Below are positions 9,417-16,628 of a stretch of DNA of 64,000 nt, piece after piece. Within the stretch, counting starts at the first letter, position 1. Each line of letters begins with the position of its first letter. The notes beneath the pieces are model-generated. The model was given only the letters and a program-made list of their open reading frames with translations, made no database searches and was not told where the DNA came from. Origin of the DNA: an uncultured Gemmatimonadaceae bacterium (GTDB taxonomy: Bacteria; Gemmatimonadota; Gemmatimonadetes; Gemmatimonadales; Gemmatimonadaceae); NCBI GenBank assembly GCA_963761305.1, contig CAVXGK010000002.1:1280001-1344000 (forward strand), in the 5' to 3' direction. Made by a program: the position numbers and the translations under genes.

Positions 9417-10397
9417 ATGCCCGATCTCCTCCACACCCGCCTCACAACCGACGCCGGCATCAGCGTTCCCATCATCTGCGGCGCCATGTATCCGTGCAGC
9501 AATCCGGAGCTCGTCGCCGCCGCGTCAGCCGCCGGCGCGATTGGAATCGTCCAGCCGGTCTCGATGACGTTCGTCTTCGGCCACGACTTTCGCGAAGGGC
9601 TCCGCTTCATCAAGAAGACGACTGACCGCCCTTTTGGCATGAACGCGCTGATCGAAAAATCCTCGCGATCGTACCACGAACGACTCGCGCGATGGGTGGA
9701 CGTCGCGCTCGAAGAAGGCGTCCGATTCTTCATCACCTCGCTCGGCAACCCGCGCTGGGTCGTGGACCGCGCGGCCCAGGTCGGGGGCATCGTCTACCAC
9801 GACGTCACCAACCGCAAATGGGCCGACAAGGCGGCCGACAACGGCGTGAGGGGTCTGATCGCGGTGAACAGCCAGGCGGGCGGACACCCCGGGAACCTCG
9901 ACCCACGCGCGCTGCTGGACGACGTGGCGCCGATCGGCCTTCCGGTCGTCTGCGCTGGCGGCGTCGGCGATGCCCGGACCTTCCGGGCGATGATGGACCT
10001 GGGCTACGCCGGCGCCCAGCTCGGGACCCGTTTCATTGCCTCGGCGGAATGCCTGGCCCACCAGGACTACAAGGACGCGATCGTGGGCGCGGAACCCGAG
10101 GACATCGTGCTCACCGAGCGACTGACGGGCATTCCGGTCGCTGTCCTGGACAACGAGTACATCCGCCACCTGGGCCTTCGCGCCGGCCCGATCGCGCGCG
10201 CGATGCTCAAGCATCGCAAGCTCAAATACTGGATGCGGTCGATCTACGCTGCCACGTCGCTTCGCCGGCTGAAGAGGTCGTCGCTCACCTCGTCGGGGGC
10301 GCGGGAGTACTGGCAGGCCGGGAAGAGTGTGGCCGGGATTCGGGACATCCGGAGCGCCCGCGAGATCGTGGAGGAGTTTGCGGCGGCCCTGTCGTGA
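9417..10397 (+). CDS. Nitronate monooxygenase / FabK-like flavin oxidoreductase
   Basis: Motifs PIICGAM, AGGH, AGGVGD, GAQLGTRF and WQAGKSV. Confidence 0.9.
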   Translation: MPDLLHTRLTTDAGISVPIICGAMYPCSNPELVAAASAAGAIGIVQPVSMTFVFGHDFREGLRFIKKTTDRPFGMNALIEKSSRSYHERLARWVDVALEEGVRFFITSLGNPRWVVDRAAQVGGIVYHDVTNRKWADKAADNGVRGLIAVNSQAGGHPGNLDPRALLDDVAPIGLPVVCAGGVGDARTFRAMMDLGYAGAQLGTRFIASAECLAHQDYKDAIVGAEPEDIVLTERLTGIPVAVLDNEYIRHLGLRAGPIARAMLKHRKLKYWMRSIYAATSLRRLKRSSLTSSGAREYWQAGKSVAGIRDIRSAREIVEEFAAALS

Positions 10398-10409
10398 AAC
10401 GCGCCAACC

Positions 10410-10435
10410 CAACCTTCTCCACCGCATCTGTGTCT
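10410..10435 (+). promoter_or_regulatory. Putative ECF sigma (autoregulatory) promoter
   Basis: CAACC-N17-GTCT just upstream of the ECF sigma gene resembles the AAC...GTC promoter consensus of ECF sigmas. Confidence 0.4.
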
Positions 10436-10457
10436 ATCGCCTGACTTTGAGACACTC

Positions 10458-11048
10458 GTGAGCTCCCCCCTGCCTCAGGTTGTCGCTTCTAATCCGCGTG
10501 CCGTGGATCGTCAGCTCGTCGCTCGTTGTCTCGGCGGTGATGGTGCCGCCGAGCGGGAGCTGTACGACGCCCACGTGGACCGGATCTACCGGCTGATGCA
10601 TCGGATAGCCGGCGACGGCGACCTTGCGGCTGATTTCACCCAGGAGGCGTTCATCCGTGCGTTCCAACGGCTCGAGCAGTTCCGCGGAGATGCATCCCTC
10701 GCCACCTGGCTGCACACGATCGCCGTTTCCGTGGCGCTCAACGGGATGCGCAAGGTGAAACGCCTCAGGGTTCGCACCGACACCATGGACACCATCGCCG
10801 AGCTTCCCGCCGCCGGGTCGCCGGCCGGTCTCACGTCCGACCTCCGCACCCGACTCCACGCGGCGATCGACGCGCTGTCGGAGAAGCTTCGCCCCGTGTT
10901 CGTGATGCACGACGTCGAGGGTTACACGCACGACGAAATCGCCGGCGCGCTCGGCATACCGGTCGGAACGTCGAAGGCGCGCTTGTTCGACGCTCGCGCC
11001 CGGTTACGCCTCGCGCTGGCGGCGTTTGCTGGAGACCACATCGCATGA
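10458..11048 (+). CDS. ECF RNA polymerase sigma-70 factor
   Basis: Region 2 DFTQEAFIRAF...FRGDASLATWLHTI and region 4 VEGYTHDEIAGALGIPVGTSKARL. Confidence 0.96.
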   Translation: MSSPLPQVVASNPRAVDRQLVARCLGGDGAAERELYDAHVDRIYRLMHRIAGDGDLAADFTQEAFIRAFQRLEQFRGDASLATWLHTIAVSVALNGMRKVKRLRVRTDTMDTIAELPAAGSPAGLTSDLRTRLHAAIDALSEKLRPVFVMHDVEGYTHDEIAGALGIPVGTSKARLFDARARLRLALAAFAGDHIA

Positions 11049-11821
11049 ACAACGACCATTCGAACCGTGCCGACGAGCTGATCGCGCGAGCTGCACGCGA
11101 CTACAACGAGCCGGGCATCGTTCCGCGCGAGGAAATCTGGAATCGCATCGCCGACGCACGTCGTGTGGCGAGCGTAGCGCCGATCGCGTCCCGATCGCGC
11201 CGGATGCCCGGTTGGGCGTGGCCCGCGCTGGGCGTGGCGGCCGCCGGGTTGGTCGCAGTGGGCGTGGCGATCGGACGTAGCGTGGAGCGCTCGCAGTCTC
11301 GAAGCCCGCAGAAACCGTCGATCGAAACGGCGCGGCACGATTCGAACGCCACGACCCGCCAACCGAACGCCGCTATCGTGGAGCAGCCGCGCAACAGCGC
11401 CCCCAGCCTGCGCGCGCCGGTGCCCGACAGCCAGCGCGCCGCGCCCGTCGGCGAGGAGGCCAACCCCTCGCCGGTCGCGTACCAACTCGCCCTGATCCAG
11501 CATATCGCCGGCAGCGAGGCGATGATCACCGCCTTCCGTGCCTCGGCTCGGCGCGGCGACGTCGACGCGCAGCTCGCGACGTGGTCGCGCGATCTCCTGG
11601 GCGAAACGCGGATGCTCGAGAGCTCGGCGCCGCCCGGCGACGCCACGATGAAACGCCTGCTTCAGGATCTGGAGCTCGTGCTCGCCCAGATCGTTCAGTA
11701 CACGAACCACGACACGCACGCGCCGGACGACCTCGATCTGATCGAACGGTCGATCAAGCATCGCGCGGTGATGTCCAACCTTCGCACCATGTCCACCGGC
11801 CGTCTGCCGAGCGGGACGTGA
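11045..11821 (+). CDS. Putative single-TM anti-sigma factor
   Basis: ATGA overlap with the sigma gene, short cytoplasmic N-terminus, and TM helix WAWPALGVAAAGLVAVGVAIG. Confidence 0.75.
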   Translation: MNNDHSNRADELIARAARDYNEPGIVPREEIWNRIADARRVASVAPIASRSRRMPGWAWPALGVAAAGLVAVGVAIGRSVERSQSRSPQKPSIETARHDSNATTRQPNAAIVEQPRNSAPSLRAPVPDSQRAAPVGEEANPSPVAYQLALIQHIAGSEAMITAFRASARRGDVDAQLATWSRDLLGETRMLESSAPPGDATMKRLLQDLELVLAQIVQYTNHDTHAPDDLDLIERSIKHRAVMSNLRTMSTGRLPSGT

Positions 11822-11842
11822 ACGATTCGATGAGGAATCAAT

Positions 11843-13192
11843 ATGCGTAAGACTCTCATGATGGCGTTCGGCGTAGCGGCGATTACCGCGTTCGCGGCGG
11901 CGGGAGGCGCGCAAGCCCGCCCGGCCGCCGGCGATACCGCCGCCAGCGATTCCCTGTTCCGGGCGGCTCGGGCGATGCTCGACGGCCGCGAGTACCGGCG
12001 TGCCGTTGGCGCATTTGCGTCGCTGGCCGAGCGGTATCCGTCCACGTCGCGAGCCGGCGACGCCCTCTACTGGCAAGCCTGGGCGCTCTACCAGCTCGGC
12101 AAAGACAACGGAAGCAAGACCGACCTCGCCAAGGCACAGGACGTTCTGACGCAGTTCAATCAGAACGTCGGTAAGAACACGCAGATGGCGAACGACGCGA
12201 CGGATCTCTACTCGCAGATCCGCGCCGCGCAGGCCAAGCTCGGCGATGCCAACGCGGCGAGCGATATCGCCGAGCGTGCGGGAACGTTGCGGCAGCAGGC
12301 TGCGTGCACCGGGTCGCGCGCCGACGACGAGATGCGCATGGCGGCGCTCGACGGTTTGCTCAGCATGAATTCCGAGGACGCCGTGCCGATTCTCGAGTCG
12401 GTTCTCAAGCAGCGCGACCCGTGCAAGGCCGAGCTGCGAAAGCGCGCGGTGTTCATGATCGCGCAGAAGCGCGGGGCGTCCGTCGTGCCCACGCTGCTCG
12501 ACGTTGCGCGCAGCGATCCGAGCACCGACGTCCGCATCCAGGCAATCTTCTGGCTCGGATCGTCGCGCAACGAACAGGCCGTGCCGGCGCTCGATTCGGT
12601 GATCTTTCAGTCCAAGGACGACGACGTTCGGAAACAGGCCATCTTCGCGATGTCCCAGCAGCGGCGCGATCTCGCGCGCCCGACTCTGGAACGCGTCGCG
12701 CAGGACGAGAAGATGCCCGAGGACATCCGCGGCGACGCGATCTTCTGGCTCGGCCAGAACGGGATCGCCGACCTCGACTTCTTCAAGACGCTGTTCAAGA
12801 CGACGCACAGCCAGGAGCTGCGCAGCAAGATCCTCAACGGCGTGGCCACGGGTCGCGATCCCGGCGCGTCGGCGTGGCTGCTCGACATCGCGCGCGACAA
12901 GAGCTTCGACATCGAGACGCGCAAGAACGCGATCTTCTGGGCCTCGCAGCGGCACGAGATGGATCTCACGGTGCTCAACACGCTGTACGATCAGTCGCGC
13001 GGTGAAGACGAGCTCCAGGAGCACATCCTCTTCATCTACTCGCAGCGGCGCGAGCCGGCGGCGGTCGACAAGCTGATGTCGATCGCGCGAAGCGATCCGA
13101 ACACGGAGATGAAGAAGAAGGCGCTGTTCTGGCTCGGTCAGAAGAACGATCCGCGCGTCAAAGCGTTCATCCTGGAACTCATCAACAAATGA
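11843..13192 (+). CDS. Exported TPR + HEAT-repeat protein
   Basis: Signal peptide, BamD/YbgF-like TPR (ERYPSTSRAGDALYW), and repeated A(I/L)FWLGQ HEAT motifs. Confidence 0.9.
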   Translation: MRKTLMMAFGVAAITAFAAAGGAQARPAAGDTAASDSLFRAARAMLDGREYRRAVGAFASLAERYPSTSRAGDALYWQAWALYQLGKDNGSKTDLAKAQDVLTQFNQNVGKNTQMANDATDLYSQIRAAQAKLGDANAASDIAERAGTLRQQAACTGSRADDEMRMAALDGLLSMNSEDAVPILESVLKQRDPCKAELRKRAVFMIAQKRGASVVPTLLDVARSDPSTDVRIQAIFWLGSSRNEQAVPALDSVIFQSKDDDVRKQAIFAMSQQRRDLARPTLERVAQDEKMPEDIRGDAIFWLGQNGIADLDFFKTLFKTTHSQELRSKILNGVATGRDPGASAWLLDIARDKSFDIETRKNAIFWASQRHEMDLTVLNTLYDQSRGEDELQEHILFIYSQRREPAAVDKLMSIARSDPNTEMKKKALFWLGQKNDPRVKAFILELINK

Positions 13193-13959
13193 CGCCGCGC
13201 GCCGTCGCACTTCTCTGCCTCGCCGCCGCACCACTGGCACCGCTGGCACCATTGGCGGCGCAGTCGGTCGCCCAGCGCGCCGACGCGGTGCGCGACGGCA
13301 CGGTCCGGCTCACCTATGCGGCGCGCCCGGGTGTCTGCGGCAACGGTGACGAAGGGGGGGGCGTCTCGATCATGAGTCACCGCGGCGACAACGCGTACTG
13401 GGGATCGCGAGCGTGCGAGACCGGCCCGGTGCGCGTGTCGATCGGGCGGGCGGACAAGCAGACGGTCAGCGTGCGCAAATACGTCGGCGGCCGGTGGCCC
13501 GCGTCCTCGGACGCGACGGACCTCGGTGTCGTCGACGCTGGCGAAGCGGCGCGCTACTTGTTGTCCATCGCCCCGTCGCTCGGCGGCCGAAACGCGAGCG
13601 ACGCGGTCGTCGCCGCGGCGATCGCCGACGTTCCGACGATCGCGCCCGAGCTCACGCGGCTGCTGCAGAACGGCGACGCGCCAATCGAAGTCCGCAAGGA
13701 CGCGCTGTTCTGGCTGGGCCAGAGCGACATCGCGCCCGCGGAGCTGGCGAAGCTCTACGATCGGGGGCAGCCGTTCGCCCTGCGAGAACACTGGACGTTC
13801 GTGCTCTCGCAGCGGCACGAGGACGCGGCGCTCGACAAGCTGATCGACATCGCGCGCTCGGATTCGGACACCGAGATTCGCAAGCGCGCGATGTTCTGGC
13901 TCGGCCAAAGCCGCGACCCGAAGGCGATTCAGTTCCTCCACGACATTCTTCTTCGCTGA
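13189..13959 (+). CDS. Exported HEAT-repeat protein
   Basis: Signal peptide, YAARPGVCG N-domain, and ALFWLGQ / AMFWLGQSRDP motifs. Confidence 0.9.
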   Translation: MTPRAVALLCLAAAPLAPLAPLAAQSVAQRADAVRDGTVRLTYAARPGVCGNGDEGGGVSIMSHRGDNAYWGSRACETGPVRVSIGRADKQTVSVRKYVGGRWPASSDATDLGVVDAGEAARYLLSIAPSLGGRNASDAVVAAAIADVPTIAPELTRLLQNGDAPIEVRKDALFWLGQSDIAPAELAKLYDRGQPFALREHWTFVLSQRHEDAALDKLIDIARSDSDTEIRKRAMFWLGQSRDPKAIQFLHDILLR

Positions 13960-13966
13960 GGCACGC

Positions 13967-14740
13967 ATGCGTCGAGCGCTCGCGATCCGGCTCTCACTCT
14001 CGCTCGCGTCCATCCCTGCGCCGGCGATTGGCGCGCAGTCGATCGCGCAGCGCCTCGCGGCCGCGGAACGTCCGGTGCAGGTCGTCTATCCCAGCCGTCC
14101 ATCGGCGTGCGGCGACGGACGCACGTACATCAACCACGTGCTCGATGATCGCAGCTCCTACACCAGCGACGGCAGCGAGGGACGGTCGCGCGGACCCTGT
14201 GTGCACGGACCGGCGCGCGTCGTCGCGACGGTCATGGGCGGTGAAGTCACGCGGCTACGCGCCTACGTCGGGCCCGTGCCGCCGTCGACCGACATGGAAA
14301 CGATAACCGCCAGCGCGGCCGATGCGGCGGCGTGGCTCGGCTCGTTGATCACGCGTGAGAACTCGCGCGTCGCGTCGAGCGCGATCTTTCCCCTCATCCT
14401 CGCCGACGCGCCCGATCCGTGGCCGCTCTTGCTGCGCACCGCGCGCGACAACGAGCGCAGCCAGAACGTTCGGCGCGAGTCGCTCTTCTGGCTTGGGAAC
14501 GGCGCCATCGCGCACCTCGGCCTCGAGGGCTCGCGCGACGACTCGCCGGACGACGAGATGCGGACGCAGGCGGTCTTCGTGTTGTCGCAGCGTCCGCGGA
14601 CTGAGAGCGTTCCGGCGCTGATCGACGTCGCGCGAACCGCCACGCACGCAGCGGCCAAGCGGTCGGCGATCTTCTGGCTCGGTCAGACGGGTGACCCGCG
14701 GGCCGCGGACGTCTTTGCCGAGCTGCTCGGACTACGCTAG
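13967..14740 (+). CDS. Exported HEAT-repeat protein
   Basis: Signal peptide, YPSRPSACGDG N-domain paralogous to the previous gene, and SLFWLG / AIFWLGQTGDP motifs. Confidence 0.9.
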   Translation: MRRALAIRLSLSLASIPAPAIGAQSIAQRLAAAERPVQVVYPSRPSACGDGRTYINHVLDDRSSYTSDGSEGRSRGPCVHGPARVVATVMGGEVTRLRAYVGPVPPSTDMETITASAADAAAWLGSLITRENSRVASSAIFPLILADAPDPWPLLLRTARDNERSQNVRRESLFWLGNGAIAHLGLEGSRDDSPDDEMRTQAVFVLSQRPRTESVPALIDVARTATHAAAKRSAIFWLGQTGDPRAADVFAELLGLR

Positions 14741-15520
14741 CTACGCTAGCAGCAGGAACGCGTCGTAGAGCGCGTGCGTCCACGCGGTAATGCCGAACCC
14801 GCGCAGCAGATAGAGGCCGCTGAAGGCGAGGCCGCTCAACGCGCGGAACACGAACGACTGCAGCTCGAGCTTGTCGCCGTACGGGCCGATGTAGTGGAAC
14901 GCCGAGAAGATCAGCGCGCCCGAGACGGCCGCGATGACGCCCGACGCACGCGCGCCGAGGCCGAGGAGAATGCGCGCGCCGGCGGCGATGCCGGTCACGA
15001 GCAGCACACGGAAGAAGAGCTCCTCGTAGAGACCCGCGCCGAGCGAGAGCATCAGGCGCGTCGGCCAGGTCGTTTGATCGATCGGGCCGAGGCTGAGCGC
15101 GTGGAGCGAACCAAGCAGCTTCGCCGTGGTGACGCCGACGACAATGCCGAACACGCTGGCGAGGAGGATCGATTCGCCGAGCATGCCGGCGAACACGCTC
15201 GGCCGGAGCGGGTCGCGATTGCGTCGCATGTCGCGCAGCACGAGGGCGATGCCGATCAGGACGATCACGGCGATGAACACCAGCGACCCGCGGCGTCCGG
15301 CGATGGCGGTGAACGCCGCGCGCAATAGCGCGTCAGCCCCGTTGCGCAGCTCGGGCTTGCCCGGCCGCGACAGGGCGGCGGCGAGCACCTCGTACCCGAG
15401 GAGCAGCGGGAGCGCGAAGAGGATGCTGTACCGATGCGCCCGGCTGACCTTGAAGTACGACCATCGGCGCGTGGAGGCGCGCCCGGCAGGCTTCGAGCGC
15501 GCGAGAGTCGCGGTGTTCAT
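14741..15520 (-). CDS. CPBP (Rce1/Abi) family intramembrane metalloprotease
   Basis: Motifs EELFFR, FSAFH and HALYD, with multiple TM helices. Confidence 0.92.
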   Translation of the reverse strand: MNTATLARSKPAGRASTRRWSYFKVSRAHRYSILFALPLLLGYEVLAAALSRPGKPELRNGADALLRAAFTAIAGRRGSLVFIAVIVLIGIALVLRDMRRNRDPLRPSVFAGMLGESILLASVFGIVVGVTTAKLLGSLHALSLGPIDQTTWPTRLMLSLGAGLYEELFFRVLLVTGIAAGARILLGLGARASGVIAAVSGALIFSAFHYIGPYGDKLELQSFVFRALSGLAFSGLYLLRGFGITAWTHALYDAFLLLA

Positions 15521-15552
15521 GCGGTCATTCTACGCGCGAAGGGGTGGCGAAG

Positions 15553-15581
15553 TTGCGGAACGGCGATCCATTCACTAGGGT
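15553..15581 (+). promoter_or_regulatory. Putative sigma70 promoter for a small RNA/sORF unit
   Basis: TTGCGG-N17-TAGGGT, with a second TACGAT/GATAAT just downstream. Confidence 0.45.
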
Positions 15582-15589
15582 ACGATAAT

Positions 15590-15785
15590 CGTCGCGCTTC
15601 GGCGACGCACGCGACACGTTCACCCGAAATCCGAGGAGGTGATCCATTGTCTAGCGGAACTCGTAACGGCAGGATCGCCGGAAATCGCTGAGCGATTGAG
15701 TCAGCTCGGCCGCCGGAAGCCTGCTAGTTCCGGTGAATTGAGAAATAGCGGGGCCACCGTGGAGACACGGTGGCCCTTGCTTTTC
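15590..15785 (+). ncRNA. Candidate structured small RNA or sORF transcript with a 13-nt complement of the 16S anti-SD
   Basis: AGGAGGTGATCCA at 15634-15646, a TTG-initiated 14-aa ORF at 15647-15691, nested stems, and an intrinsic terminator. Confidence 0.5.
15751..15785 (+). terminator. Rho-independent terminator
   Basis: GGGCCACCGTG-GAGA-CACGGTGGCCC followed by TTGCTTTT. Confidence 0.8.
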
Positions 15786-15874
15786 TGGTGACGCGACAAG
15801 TGGGTTGGCCGGCCACTCCGGGTTCGATGTCGCGAGCCACGTACGGCCCGCGCTCGACGACGGTGGCTGCCATC

Positions 15875-16030
15875 CGACGCCAGACGTCAGACCTGGCATT
15901 TTCGCGGCGAGGACCTGTCTTGGCGTGGTGAATCACACCGCGTCACGCCGAAACGGATGTCTGAGGTCAGCTGTCGGCTCCCGATTTCGAGCACGCAGCC
16001 GTACCACGCCCGCCAAGACAGACCTCAGAG
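15875..16030. repeat. REP-like imperfect inverted-repeat element
   Basis: CTGTCTTGGCG (~15914) pairs with CGCCAAGACAG (~16011), and TCTGAGGTC pairs with GACCTCAGA. Confidence 0.5.
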
Positions 16031-16058
16031 TGGCCGCGATCCAAACGCCGTCAGCTGT

Positions 16059-16568
16059 TCAAGCGCCCGTACTTCCAAATCCTCCGACGCGATCGGTCGT
16101 CACGCTCACGCTCCCGGCTTCGATTGCCAGCACCTCGAACCTCGCCAGCACCATCTGTGCAATCCGCTCTCCGTGATCGATCCGAACCGGCGCCGTCGTC
16201 GGATTCTTCACCAGCACCATCCACTCGTCGGGGAAATCGGAGTCGATCGTGCCCGGCGCATTGGGAATCGCCAGCCCTTTCTTGAACGTCGTCCCGCTGC
16301 GCGGGCGGATCTGCGCCTCGACACCCATCGGCAGGCGCGCCTTGAAGCCGAGTGGCACGAGCGCGGTCACACCGGGGGCAAGCGTGAACGATTCGACGGC
16401 GTGCACCGCGTCTTCCGTCCACGTGCGCTGCCCGTCGGAGCACTTGATCGACCGTGTGCGCACGTAGGCGCAGAGGTCGTAGCCGGCGGAGCCCTCCGTC
16501 GCGCGGCGCGGCGCGCGGGCGTCGTCGTGCAACAGTTCGACGGTGAGCGATTCCACGATGATCGTCAT
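16059..16568 (-). CDS. dut: dUTP diphosphatase
   Basis: Motifs SAGYDL, RPRSG, PGTIDSDF, ERIAQ and GGFGSTG. True start is ATG 16568, inside a longer spurious ORF. Confidence 0.95.
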   Translation of the reverse strand: MTIIVESLTVELLHDDARAPRRATEGSAGYDLCAYVRTRSIKCSDGQRTWTEDAVHAVESFTLAPGVTALVPLGFKARLPMGVEAQIRPRSGTTFKKGLAIPNAPGTIDSDFPDEWMVLVKNPTTAPVRIDHGERIAQMVLARFEVLAIEAGSVSVTTDRVGGFGSTGA

Positions 16569-16628
16569 GCGCGGAATGTAGCTCGCGCGCCCTTGCCGCG
16601 CGGCTGTCTGTCGCGATAGCGTCCCCGC

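Noticed and set aside
15634..15646. 16S rRNA 3'-end fragment on the minus strand
   Set aside because: Only TGGATCACCTCCT matches; the flanking sequence does not resemble the 16S terminal helix.
15647..15691. Type I toxin
   Set aside because: The peptide is polar and only 14 aa, with no hydrophobic helix.
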